A program made the position numbers and the translations under genes. Shown piece by piece: positions 10,202 through 19,955 of a DNA stretch of 64,000 bases (position 1 is the first letter of the stretch; every line of letters begins with the position of its first letter). Origin of the DNA: Ignavibacteria bacterium (GTDB lineage: Bacteria; Bacteroidota; Ignavibacteria; Kapaibacteriales; UBA961); NCBI GenBank assembly GCA_947491315.1, contig CANLII010000003.1:7970-71969 (forward strand), in the 5' to 3' direction. The notes beneath the pieces are model-generated. The model ran no database searches. It was not told where the DNA came from and worked only from the letters and a program-made list of their open reading frames with translations.

Positions 10202-12299
10202 GGAGAATCTCCGAAATATCCTTCACTTGTACCTGGTCCACACGATCTGCAGCTTTTACGCCATCGGTGATCATTGTGGAACAGAATGGACAATTCACGG
10301 CGATGGTCGAAGCTCCTGTTTCAAGCAATTCATTCGTGCGTGTGATATTCACGCGATCACCAACCATTTCTTCCATGAACATTCTACCACCACCGGCTCC
10401 GCAGCATAAACCACGATCCTTGGATCTGGCAGGTTCGAGAATGGAAAGTCCGGGTATATTCTCCAAAAGCGAGCGAGGTGCTTCATACTCTTCATTATAT
10501 CTACCGAGATAACAAGAATCATGATAAGCAATTGCATTCTTGCTGAGTGATGCTTTGTCTGCATCAATCGAAAGTCTGCCGGATTCAATCAAATCCTTGA
10601 TATACTGCGTATGATGCATCACTTCATAATGACCACCAAATTGAGGATAATCATTTTTGAGAGTATTAAAACAATGAGGACATGTTGTGACAATTGTCTT
10701 AACATTATAAGCATTCATGGTTTCAACATTCATCGTTGTGAGCATCGTCGCCAAATACTCATTTCCTGATCTACGCGCCGGATCTCCCGTGCATCGCTCT
10801 TCTGTTCCAAGTATGCGGAAATTGATATGTGACAATTGCATGAGTTCGGCAAATGCCTTGGTTGTTTTCTTGGCTCGATCATCAAAACTACCTGCGCAAC
10901 CAACCCAGAACAATACATCCATTTCAGGATCTTCGGCAACAGTTTTGATATCCATTCCCTCTGCCCATAATGCTCTGTCTTGCTCGCTGAATCCACCCCA
11001 TGGAACGGAGTTGGTTTCCATGTTTCCATAGATATCCGGTAGCAATGCGCTTTCCTCATTGAATGAAGATTCCATCATCACCATTGAACGACGCATGCCA
11101 ACAATTGCAGGAACATGTTCGATATTGACCGGACATTCTTCCATACATGCACCGCATGTGGTGCATGCCCAAAGCGCATCGGGACTGACATAATCTCCGA
11201 TGAGTTTTTTATTCCACGTGGATTGCTCTTCATCATTCAATAAAATTGTGAAAAGCTCACTTTCTTTTGTGTCGAATTCGCCGGAATGTTTACCGGAGAG
11301 AATTCCATCCGCCGCACTTCTGATTTCTTCTCGAGATGCATTCTTACGATAATTCGTGATTTTGTCAATCAATGGAGCCTTGTCAATTACGCGATCATGT
11401 ATGCCGATGATGACCATTCGTGGGTCCAAGACCTTGCCTGTTTGATTGGCCGGACAAACGCTTGTGCAGCGCCCGCAATGCGTACATGTATAACTATCGA
11501 GAAATGTTTTCCAAGTAAAATCTTCAATATCACTCACGCCATATCTAACGAGTGATTCATTTTCAAAATCGATCTTTTCCAATTGATTCACAGGACCAAG
11601 ATTGCTGAAAAACACATTCGGAATTGAAGTGAGTACATGCAAATGCTTGCTGAATGGAAGATAATTCGTGAATGAGAAAATCAGTAGCATGTGAAGCCAC
11701 CAGAAAATCTCAAAACTCATATGACCAAGCGGCAAGATTGTTGCGAGTGAACTTGCCACGGGACGCACTGCCCAGGAAAAGTCTTCACCCATTCCAACTC
11801 GGGCTGTGTTTTGCAAAAGAAGGGAAGTGACAATTGAGAATATCGTAAGTAGAATTATACCTGCTTCAACTTTTTCATGCTCAACTTGCAATCGCTTCAC
11901 TTTGGTCACATAGCGTCTCCAAAGTGAAAGTGCTGTTCCAAGAATGATCATTAAACAGAAGATATCTGTGAGAATTGTGATTCCTGAATAGACCGGACCT
12001 AAAAAGTTAAATGACCATGCAGGATTGAGTCCTTCAATAACACCTTCAGCCGCCGAAAAAAGAAGTATCAAAAATCCCCAAAAAATCCCAGCATGTATTG
12101 GACCCGCCACTTTATCACGAAGAATCTTTGTTTGAGCAAAACCCACAAGCAATGTTTGCTGTATTCTTGCAAAAAGGTGATCAATTCTGTTTTCAGACTT
12201 TCCAAAAGATAAATAGCGTATCAATCGACCAGCATTATTTATGAAAACGCCAATGGCAATAGTCAATACGAAGAGAAAGAAAGTACTTTTAGTTTCCAT
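10179..12299 (-). CDS. membrane-bound Fe-S oxidoreductase: NarI-like transmembrane N-domain, 2x[4Fe-4S] and 2xCCG domains (HdrD/DsrK/GlpC-like)
   Basis: 706 aa. The N-terminus has 5-6 transmembrane helices with conserved His residues. Two ferredoxin motifs follow (CTHCGRCTSVCP and CTTCGACMEECP). The C-terminus carries cysteine-rich CCG-type repeats (CPHCFNTL, GLCCGAGGG). Confidence 0.7.
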   Translation of the reverse strand: METKSTFFLFVLTIAIGVFINNAGRLIRYLSFGKSENRIDHLFARIQQTLLVGFAQTKILRDKVAGPIHAGIFWGFLILLFSAAEGVIEGLNPAWSFNFLGPVYSGITILTDIFCLMIILGTALSLWRRYVTKVKRLQVEHEKVEAGIILLTIFSIVTSLLLQNTARVGMGEDFSWAVRPVASSLATILPLGHMSFEIFWWLHMLLIFSFTNYLPFSKHLHVLTSIPNVFFSNLGPVNQLEKIDFENESLVRYGVSDIEDFTWKTFLDSYTCTHCGRCTSVCPANQTGKVLDPRMVIIGIHDRVIDKAPLIDKITNYRKNASREEIRSAADGILSGKHSGEFDTKESELFTILLNDEEQSTWNKKLIGDYVSPDALWACTTCGACMEECPVNIEHVPAIVGMRRSMVMMESSFNEESALLPDIYGNMETNSVPWGGFSEQDRALWAEGMDIKTVAEDPEMDVLFWVGCAGSFDDRAKKTTKAFAELMQLSHINFRILGTEERCTGDPARRSGNEYLATMLTTMNVETMNAYNVKTIVTTCPHCFNTLKNDYPQFGGHYEVMHHTQYIKDLIESGRLSIDADKASLSKNAIAYHDSCYLGRYNEEYEAPRSLLENIPGLSILEPARSKDRGLCCGAGGGRMFMEEMVGDRVNITRTNELLETGASTIAVNCPFCSTMITDGVKAADRVDQVQVKDISEILLESVKRH

Positions 12300-12413
12300 G
12301 AAAAGACAAGGATATGTGTGTATTCTGTATGCTGTATAAAGTCATGCAAATATACCAAGTATGAGAATGTGTAAATAGTCCTGATTCTTGGTTTTGCCGT
12401 CAATCAACATTGA

Positions 12414-12929
12414 CTAAAACGAATATGAAACGTGAATTCTACCCGATTGATTGATGAGATCGGGAAGTATATTGAAGCTGAGATTATCGCTAACATCAAA
12501 CTCCAACATGTGAGCTCCTACATATGCATCGATTGCGGCAATTCCATATATACCCAATAGCCAAAGACCATTGATGTCACGAGTATTATTATAGAACTCC
12601 TTCTCGCGTATCGCAAGTTGCACTCTTGGGTCAGTACGCGTAAAACCCTGTGAAATCAAATCGTCATAAAGTTTCGATTTCTCAGTGAATATGCCATGAT
12701 AAGATGAGATTTGATATGCAAAAAAGAGAGCTGCGCCAGCTGCAATGGGTGCTTTCCAATAGGACCCAACATAGACTTGTCCAAGGCCCGGGAAGAGAAC
12801 AGTATACGCAATGGCCATAGCCGGGGATTTTTGAGGGATATTGGGTTGATTCGTTTGCAGGGAATCTTGCGCATTACCAATTCCAGAGCAACATGCCAAG
12901 AAGATAATATGAATGATCAGAGTTCTCAT
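12414..12929 (-). CDS. DUF5683-family exported protein
   Basis: Signal peptide MRTLIIHIIFLACCSGIGNAQ. The core AYTVLFPGLGQVYVGSYWKAPIAAGA resembles the Bacteroidota DUF5683 motif. Confidence 0.5.
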   Translation of the reverse strand: MRTLIIHIIFLACCSGIGNAQDSLQTNQPNIPQKSPAMAIAYTVLFPGLGQVYVGSYWKAPIAAGAALFFAYQISSYHGIFTEKSKLYDDLISQGFTRTDPRVQLAIREKEFYNNTRDINGLWLLGIYGIAAIDAYVGAHMLEFDVSDNLSFNILPDLINQSGRIHVSYSF

Positions 12930-13279
12930 GATCGGTCTTCGGTATCATTCCATTGTTGATCGGATTCAATCTTCTGATGAACCGCCACAGAACCTTCAGC
13001 AGGCTTGATGGTGATGGTCTCAGTGATGTCTGCAGTTACTTCTACCCTGCTTTCTGAACCATGATCAGTGGTTTTTGTGATTGTGGCATTCAAGCTGGTC
13101 TGCTTCTCTACTTCAGTAGAGATGTCGCGGATTTGTGTTTTGATGTCTTCCTGCGCCTGACGAAAATACCGTATCCCTTTCCCGATCGCTTGCATGATTT
13201 CGGGAATCTTTTTAGGACCAAACAACATTAATATTGCAAGGCCGATGAGCAGGAATTCAGCACCACCGATATCAAACAT
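12926..13279 (-). CDS. tatB: twin-arginine translocase subunit, TatB-like (TatA family)
   Basis: MFDIGGAEFLLIGLAILMLFGPKKIPEIMQAIGKGIRYF is a TatA/B transmembrane segment plus amphipathic helix, followed by a longer charged tail. It sits in tandem with tatA. Confidence 0.7.
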   Translation of the reverse strand: MFDIGGAEFLLIGLAILMLFGPKKIPEIMQAIGKGIRYFRQAQEDIKTQIRDISTEVEKQTSLNATITKTTDHGSESRVEVTADITETITIKPAEGSVAVHQKIESDQQWNDTEDRS

Positions 13280-13310
13280 AGAACTTCATGATAATAGGAA
13301 TATCTAAGAA

Positions 13311-13493
13311 TCATTCGCCTTTAGGGGCATCATCCTTTGACTCTTTGTCTTCATTCGGATTAGCAGCATTCTTGAATTCACGAATTCCGCTACCAAGACC
13401 ACGCATCAATTCAGGAATCTTCTTTGCACCAAAAAATATGATGATGAAAAGCAAAATAATGAGCCATTCGGAACCGCCAGGAAGAAAACCCAT
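13311..13493 (-). CDS. tatA: twin-arginine translocase subunit TatA/E
   Basis: 60 aa. MGFLPGGSEWLIILLFIIIFFGAKKIPELMRGLGSGIREFKNA is the canonical TatA sequence. Confidence 0.85.
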   Translation of the reverse strand: MGFLPGGSEWLIILLFIIIFFGAKKIPELMRGLGSGIREFKNAANPNEDKESKDDAPKGE

Positions 13494-13519
13494 AATAACC
13501 TCTCGAAAATATGCTTAGA

Positions 13520-14218
13520 TCAGACTATTCCAACCGTTTGCATGAGTGAAGTAAACACGCCAAGACCATCGATATTTCCTAACAATGGATCACAACAGCG
13601 TTCGGGATGAGGCATCATCCCAAGAACATTACCTGTATCATTCAATATGCCGGCAATATTATTAATTGAGCCATTCGGATTGGATTCTGCACTCGTAATG
13701 CCATTTGCATCACAATAACGGAATGCAATTCTCTGCTCCTGTTCAAGAATATGAATCGTCTCTTCATCCGCAAAGTAATTGCCTTCACCATGAGCAATCG
13801 GAACACGCAAAATTTGGCCCTGCTCCAATGCATTCGTGAATGGTGAAAGAATCTGCTCTGTACGAAGATAAATGTCTTTACAAATGAAAGACATAGATGT
13901 ATTTCTCAGCAAAACACCGGGCAATAAACCCGATTCAGTGAGAATCTGAAATCCATTGCAAATGCCAAGTACGAATTTGCCTTTTTTTGCATGATCACGA
14001 ACGGCCGACATGATCGGCGAAACCTGAGCAATCGCACCGCAGCGAAGATAATCTCCATAAGAGAACCCGCCAGGAAGAATGACGCAGTCAATGTCTGTAG
14101 GGATGCTTGTTTCCTTATGCCAAAGCATTTGTGCTTCCGCACCCGCATTGTGTGAAGTGGCATACCATGCATCATGATCACAATTGGAACCCGGAAATAC
14201 AACTATCCCGCATTTCAT
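13520..14218 (-). CDS. purQ: phosphoribosylformylglycinamidine synthase I (glutamine amidotransferase subunit)
   Basis: MKCGIVVFPGSNCDHD..., catalytic Cys in LGICNGFQIL, and a C-terminal HPER motif. Confidence 0.9.
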   Translation of the reverse strand: MKCGIVVFPGSNCDHDAWYATSHNAGAEAQMLWHKETSIPTDIDCVILPGGFSYGDYLRCGAIAQVSPIMSAVRDHAKKGKFVLGICNGFQILTESGLLPGVLLRNTSMSFICKDIYLRTEQILSPFTNALEQGQILRVPIAHGEGNYFADEETIHILEQEQRIAFRYCDANGITSAESNPNGSINNIAGILNDTGNVLGMMPHPERCCDPLLGNIDGLGVFTSLMQTVGIV

Positions 14219-14487
14219 GCTATTTCTCCAACTGAAACTTCCTGCAATTCAATATGATGATCTTCCATGATAGGATTTGCGATGATGGTTTTACATGCAT
14301 CGTCAACAATACTCATCGCTTGCTCGGCAGTATCCGCATGAACAAACAATTCTACATATTTTCCGATGCGAACATGCTCTATGGATGTGAAATTCGTGGA
14401 ATGCAATGCATGCTCCACTGTCTTGCCTTGCACATCCAAAATGCTCTTGCGCAATGTTACCGTGATCATTGCCTTGAAATGCTTCAT
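14215..14487 (-). CDS. purS: phosphoribosylformylglycinamidine synthase subunit PurS
   Basis: 90 aa. ITVTLRKSILDVQGKTVEHAL matches the PurS fold motif. It overlaps purQ by 4 bp (ATGA). Confidence 0.85.
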   Translation of the reverse strand: MKHFKAMITVTLRKSILDVQGKTVEHALHSTNFTSIEHVRIGKYVELFVHADTAEQAMSIVDDACKTIIANPIMEDHHIELQEVSVGEIA

Positions 14488-14538
14488 TAAGAAAATCCGA
14501 TGTAATGGTCGATTATTGTGGTCAAAAATACGAAATAC

Positions 14539-15414
14539 TCACTTAATCGGGGCAATAGGTGAGGGGAAGTCTGTGCCTTTCAGGAGTTCTTTGTGTAAAA
14601 TGACACCAAATACCGAAATCATGCCCAATGTCAAGATGCTTATGAGTGAATTGAGCATAAGAATAATTCTCGGCATGAATGCATCAAGAAATGGAATTGG
14701 TAATTCGGATAGAAATCCCAAAGCGGTGGATGGTATCGATGTTATGATCAAAATCAGCAAGATGAATGCTATGGGTTTAAGTGCATGATTTCTTATGAGC
14801 TTTACGGATAATTTCAAACCGGAAAAGATTGAAATTTCAGGATCTTGAATGAGTGGAAAGAAGAGCATTCCGGCGGACATGATATAGATTCCCGGAAGAA
14901 TGCAAAAAAAGAGCCCAAGCACAATGGCAAAACATAATAGGAAGAATGCTCCAATGGTCTTTGGTATTGTCTCCAACATGGCTTGTGAGATACTCTCCTG
15001 AGATGGAGCATCCATGCTCTCAATGCTATATTGTGTATATACAGTGGCAGTCTGAATAGTTAGAATCAAACTTAAAAGACTGAATATGAGTATTCCGGCA
15101 AATTGGAAAATATGTCCATCGAGGGAAAAACCTGCTTCAACAAAGATCGTGGATTCATTCAGTGGCTTTGCCGGAATTGTCAGTAAATATGAGGCAAAAA
15201 GGGCGGGAAGTCCGGCGAATTTCAGGACCTGTTTTGATAGTTCTATGCCATGCAGAGAAATAAATCGCAAAAATTGCGCGAAGAGATCTGGAAATCGAAT
15301 GGATAGTTGAAGTGAATTCATGCTGAAACCCAAGTATTTCTCAAACTTAGGAAAATGATCGTGAAGTGAATTGATGTGAATGCAATGTCTTTCGTAATTT
15401 TGAACATGATTCAA
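14539..15414 (-). CDS. hypothetical polytopic membrane protein
   Basis: Multiple hydrophobic helices and no recognisable family. The real start is probably an internal Met (for example MNSLQLS), because the listed start overlaps the divergent methyltransferase gene. Confidence 0.4.
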   Translation of the reverse strand: MNHVQNYERHCIHINSLHDHFPKFEKYLGFSMNSLQLSIRFPDLFAQFLRFISLHGIELSKQVLKFAGLPALFASYLLTIPAKPLNESTIFVEAGFSLDGHIFQFAGILIFSLLSLILTIQTATVYTQYSIESMDAPSQESISQAMLETIPKTIGAFFLLCFAIVLGLFFCILPGIYIMSAGMLFFPLIQDPEISIFSGLKLSVKLIRNHALKPIAFILLILIITSIPSTALGFLSELPIPFLDAFMPRIILMLNSLISILTLGMISVFGVILHKELLKGTDFPSPIAPIK

Positions 15415-16638
15415 AAAGCAGTAGAACTCGTTACATCACTATTCGTCCAATCCGATGACCATCGCTTTGTGATGACCCTCTCAAGTCCTCACTCAAGAGA
15501 GGAATATGTGTTTCCCGGAAAAGATATTTCGTATAAGGATTGCAAGAAATGCATTGTTCAGAATCTGAATGGTGAATTGCACATGGTCTATCTTGACATC
15601 ATCACTGCAACAAAATCCTTTACGCATGCTCTGAATGTCTCATCAATTGCAGACGTGATAATTGTGATTGAGCAATTGTTGCGATTGCCATTCAGACAAT
15701 GGCATATACAAACTCCGAGAAAAGACCTCTATTTGAAATTTCCCAAACCCGGAAAAACGGGGAATAATCTATTGCATCATTTTGCGCAATCTTCAAAGTT
15801 GCAATGGCCGGAACGCGAGGAAAAATTAATGCCACTGACTCCATCCAATGCTGGAACTCTACTCCAAGCAATTGGAATTTGTGATGATGTGTTCAATATC
15901 ATTCCCGCAATGCGTGACAAATATGTGCAGATCAATCATTTCATTCGCATCTTTGAACAATATGCCGGTGAGTTGACAAATCAGCCTTTGAAGATCGTTG
16001 ATTGTGGATGCGGTCAGGCTTATGTGAGTTTTGCTCTGCTGTGGTATCTCCGCGAGATACAAAAAATCAAAGCCACGCTCATCGGTATTGAACGTAATTC
16101 TGAATTGATCGCATCATGCCGTGAAACCGCACATGCGCTATTATTTGATGAATCTGCGGAATTCATTCAAAGTTCAATTCAAGATGCACACCCCAAAAGT
16201 ACATCCGATGATAGAATCATCCTCATTGCATTGCATGCATGTGATACAGCAACCGATGAGGCACTTGCATTGGCAGTGAAGGTGAAAGCGGACATCATAC
16301 TTGCCGCTCCATGTTGTCATCACTTTGTCCAAGAACAAATGGATATTCGCCATATTCCCATCGAAGAATCATTTCTTATTCGAGATGGAATCATGAAAGA
16401 AAGACTCGGAGATATGCTGACTGATTCCATGCGGAGAGATATCTTGATATCTCAAGGATATAGCAGTGACTTGATCGAATTTACGCCTCTTGAACATACT
16501 GCAAAGAATGTGATGATTCGTGCGAAGTATATTTCCAATATGCCTTCAAAACATAAAGAGGATGCACAAATGAGATTTGAAGAAGCAAGCAAGCGTTGGC
16601 ATGTTGTTCCCAAATTGCATGAGCTGATCAAAAAGTGA
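15376..16638 (+). CDS. class I SAM-dependent methyltransferase (Methyltransf_32-like) with an uncharacterised N-terminal domain
   Basis: Motif I KIVDCGCGQAYVSFAL, plus the downstream LHACDTATDEAL and APCCHH typical of this methyltransferase family. The first ~200 aa match nothing I recognise. The start is uncertain; M at 15406 is possible. Confidence 0.6.
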   Translation: MNAMSFVILNMIQKAVELVTSLFVQSDDHRFVMTLSSPHSREEYVFPGKDISYKDCKKCIVQNLNGELHMVYLDIITATKSFTHALNVSSIADVIIVIEQLLRLPFRQWHIQTPRKDLYLKFPKPGKTGNNLLHHFAQSSKLQWPEREEKLMPLTPSNAGTLLQAIGICDDVFNIIPAMRDKYVQINHFIRIFEQYAGELTNQPLKIVDCGCGQAYVSFALLWYLREIQKIKATLIGIERNSELIASCRETAHALLFDESAEFIQSSIQDAHPKSTSDDRIILIALHACDTATDEALALAVKVKADIILAAPCCHHFVQEQMDIRHIPIEESFLIRDGIMKERLGDMLTDSMRRDILISQGYSSDLIEFTPLEHTAKNVMIRAKYISNMPSKHKEDAQMRFEEASKRWHVVPKLHELIKK

Positions 16639-18514
16639 TATCTGTTTGCAAGTGAAATTCCGTATCCAGATTCCCATCAATCTTCAACCAACCCGAACCG
16701 AGTGTCTCTTCCCTTGGCTTGAATTTTTGTCTGATCAAAACTGAAATTTTTGCTTTCCCAACAGTATATCCGATTTGTCCGCAAGACATTATACCCAATC
16801 CATATAATGGTTCTATGAGTAATTGACCCGGCAATCCTGTTTCGGGTAGATAAATGGCTGAATCAAAATCATCTGTCTCAGACCATGCCATTCTGATTGA
16901 CCAATTCCATGGACTCGATGTCTGTACCGAATGGAATTCCAGTGCACATCCAATTCCGAAAGATTCAGAATCAGTATTCATGATATGTGATTCCACTCTC
17001 ATCACGCTTCTGACTGCATTTCCTCGATATGCTATTTCTGATCTGATGCGCCAATCAGTTTCAGTCTGTAGATTTACGCTAGTTTTGTCGGATGAACGAA
17101 TTTCATTCATCACTCTACAGAGTATGCTTGTTTTATCTGTCATGTGGATCAATTGACCAATCATTCGAATCCCTTTCTTGAGTGTTTTGGAATTCTTTGG
17201 AATAGAAATCTGGGAATAGATTTCATTGTTGATTGCATACTTGAAAGAACCAATGGTTCCATTCATCAATACATGAATACCTTGATCATTGGAGCAAATC
17301 CCGCTTCTTCCAAATGATTGTCCGATTGGAGACCGAATATTCGGATCAAAATGTCGAATCATGATGGCTTGATCATGATTACCTCCATCATGATGCAGCG
17401 TAAACATCCCGCCATAATTGTATCTTTTGTCGAATAATGCATTTACCGAAATAGTCCACTTCTTATTCAATTCAGACTGCATGTCAAATGAAATCATCCA
17501 TTGCTCTTGCTCACCAATTGAGTATGCAGTGGGTGCTATTGCATGTCCATATTTTTGATAGAGTCCCGACACCGAAAACACATGATTATATGTTTGCATT
17601 GTATTGAACATTGCTAGACGCAATTCTTTAGTGCCTTCTCTTTGATTCAATTCATGCTCTGTTCTTGCATAGGTGCTGCTTGGAAAACTCGTAAGTATAT
17701 CTTCATCATTGATTGTGGCATATCGATTCCTATTTGAAAAACTGAATCCAAATGAATGCTTACTTTTACTATTCTGCGTGAAATATTGTCCACCAATACC
17801 TCTGAAATTCGAAAACTCAAGAAGGGAAGTTGTTGGTCTGATCGAGCTTGACCATCGAAGCGCTCTTTGAGTTGGTTTTGAAATATCCGCAATCGAGATG
17901 CCTGAAGCAAGAAGACCGCCCATCCCATGTTCAATGGAATGATCACCGATTATCAACTTGTAATTCTTGCCTGAGTACTGCAATGATCCATGCAATATGC
18001 CATGTTCATATGCTTCACCACTTTGCTTTCCATATGATAGTGCAAGGGTATATCGAGGATTTCCAATAAAGAGTCTTTGCATGAATGCTTCATTTGAACC
18101 AAGAAAAACGCCTTCGCGCATACCTCGTGTTTCAGGAATTGATTGCGAAATTCTCGATCTATATCTTCCATGAATTTGTGTATGTGGATTACTCATTCTC
18201 GTACACATCAGAAGGATGCGCCGAATGGATGTGTCGATAGTCTTTGGAGATTGATTCAATAAATCTTCAACATTGTCGATGTCGGGAAATTGTTTGATCA
18301 ATCGCTTTATCATACGCATCAGTCCGGGATTCATACCGGGAAGGAAGAGTAATTCATCGGTGATGTTTCGAAGATCTAATGGATGCACGGAATAGTATTC
18401 GAGTGCATCATATTGTTGTTGTGTGGAAGTAAGAGTGGACTCATCCATTCCAATCGCATCATCTTGTGCATGAGCAAAAGATGAAATGAGAATGAGCAGA
18501 ACAATGCTCGCCAT
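16628..18514 (-). CDS. hypothetical outer-membrane protein: signal peptide, HhH-like N-terminal segment, beta-rich body, C-terminal Phe
   Basis: Signal peptide MASIVLLILISSFAHAQ. Residues around 40-90 (LDLRNITDELLFLPGMNPGLMRMIKRL) look like a helix-hairpin-helix. The rest has alternating beta-strand character and ends ...TDITF, a beta-barrel-type C-terminus. Confidence 0.4.
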   Translation of the reverse strand: MASIVLLILISSFAHAQDDAIGMDESTLTSTQQQYDALEYYSVHPLDLRNITDELLFLPGMNPGLMRMIKRLIKQFPDIDNVEDLLNQSPKTIDTSIRRILLMCTRMSNPHTQIHGRYRSRISQSIPETRGMREGVFLGSNEAFMQRLFIGNPRYTLALSYGKQSGEAYEHGILHGSLQYSGKNYKLIIGDHSIEHGMGGLLASGISIADISKPTQRALRWSSSIRPTTSLLEFSNFRGIGGQYFTQNSKSKHSFGFSFSNRNRYATINDEDILTSFPSSTYARTEHELNQREGTKELRLAMFNTMQTYNHVFSVSGLYQKYGHAIAPTAYSIGEQEQWMISFDMQSELNKKWTISVNALFDKRYNYGGMFTLHHDGGNHDQAIMIRHFDPNIRSPIGQSFGRSGICSNDQGIHVLMNGTIGSFKYAINNEIYSQISIPKNSKTLKKGIRMIGQLIHMTDKTSILCRVMNEIRSSDKTSVNLQTETDWRIRSEIAYRGNAVRSVMRVESHIMNTDSESFGIGCALEFHSVQTSSPWNWSIRMAWSETDDFDSAIYLPETGLPGQLLIEPLYGLGIMSCGQIGYTVGKAKISVLIRQKFKPREETLGSGWLKIDGNLDTEFHLQTDITF

Positions 18515-18532
18515 GATGCCCCCTGAATCACA

Positions 18533-19936
18533 TCAGATATGCACGGCGATCCATTTTTTTGAACGATACTGTTGAAATCCGATCACCGTGAGCGCAATAT
18601 AGCTCAATACAACTCCGATCCAAATGCCGGATTCACGAAGCGGTGTATAACGGGAGAGAATGAAGGCTAATGGGATTTGAATCACGACCAAAGCCGTGAA
18701 TACAATCATCATGCTTCGAGCTGCTGCACCTGCTCCACTGATGACGCGCAGAGTTATCGAGCCGATTGCAAAGAAAATATATCCGAAACATGCGATATGG
18801 AGATATTCAACTGTTTCACGAATGATATTCGGATCATCGGTATAGATTCGAGCGAAGTATTCGCCAAAGAGATAGGTGAGGATTGCAAGAAATCCCAAGA
18901 GCCATATCAATTGCTTTACTGCAGACCCATAAAACATGCCGATGCGATCAATTTGCTTTGCTCCAAGATTCTGACTTGTTGCAGTTTCAAGTGCAATGCC
19001 CATGGCAAACACAGACATGAAAGCAAAGAGATCAACCTTCAATCCCAATGTATAAGCCGCAAGCGTGACTTTCGGATCGAAATAGGAAGCGAATGTGAAG
19101 AGAGCCAATCGACTGATGCTGACAGAGAACATTTGAAGTGATGACCAAATGCCTTGTTTGACAATTCTGCCAAGCAGGGGAAAATCAAAACTGAAGTCTT
19201 TGAAAGATAATGTCAAGCCTGCCTTACCCGTAATGATCATCGATAATGAAATGATGGCCCCAATTATTTGCGATGCCGCAGTTGCAATTCCAGCGCCAAG
19301 CATTCCATATCCCGGGATAAATTCCCAACCAAAAATCAGTATAGGTGCAAGGATGGCATTGATGATTGTGGTGAGCAGAAGTATCGACATAGGATAAACA
19401 GAATTACCCGATGAGCGAATGATTGCATTAATTTGAAATGTCACGAAATTACCAGGCACGCCGAATAACAATGCATAGAGATATACTTCAGTGAATGCAT
19501 ACACTTCGGGATCTCTATCCAATCCGAGTGCATGCAATGTTGTAGGGAGAAGCATGCCAAGTATGACTGCAAGTACCGTTGAGAATACAAGCATTGTCAT
19601 GATGCCTTGAGTGGCAGTATAGGATGCTTGTTCTCGATTTCCTTCACCAATTCTGCGCGCCACGACAATTCCGGTTCCAATGGCAAAGCCACTTCCAAAA
19701 TTAAAAATCATGAAGCTTAATTGCTCGCTCACACCGATTGCAGCAATGGCTGCAGATCCAAGTTTACTTACAAAAAAAGTATCTATCCATGAATACAGCA
19801 TATTCACGATAAAACTGAAAGCAAGCGGCAAAGCAAAAATGCGAAGCGTGGAATCGATTGGACCATTCAATAGATCCACACCCATTCTATGTTGTTTTTG
19901 TGGTGAAGGTTGACTCATTAGTAAAAAACCCATCAA
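18533..19936 (-). CDS. MATE-family multidrug/oligosaccharide efflux transporter
   Basis: 467 aa with 12 predicted transmembrane helices in a MATE topology, including the conserved RIGEGN-like loop (ARRIGEGNRE). Confidence 0.8.
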   Translation of the reverse strand: MMGFLLMSQPSPQKQHRMGVDLLNGPIDSTLRIFALPLAFSFIVNMLYSWIDTFFVSKLGSAAIAAIGVSEQLSFMIFNFGSGFAIGTGIVVARRIGEGNREQASYTATQGIMTMLVFSTVLAVILGMLLPTTLHALGLDRDPEVYAFTEVYLYALLFGVPGNFVTFQINAIIRSSGNSVYPMSILLLTTIINAILAPILIFGWEFIPGYGMLGAGIATAASQIIGAIISLSMIITGKAGLTLSFKDFSFDFPLLGRIVKQGIWSSLQMFSVSISRLALFTFASYFDPKVTLAAYTLGLKVDLFAFMSVFAMGIALETATSQNLGAKQIDRIGMFYGSAVKQLIWLLGFLAILTYLFGEYFARIYTDDPNIIRETVEYLHIACFGYIFFAIGSITLRVISGAGAAARSMMIVFTALVVIQIPLAFILSRYTPLRESGIWIGVVLSYIALTVIGFQQYRSKKWIAVHI

Positions 19937-19955
19937 TCACTTGATGGGTCAAAGA

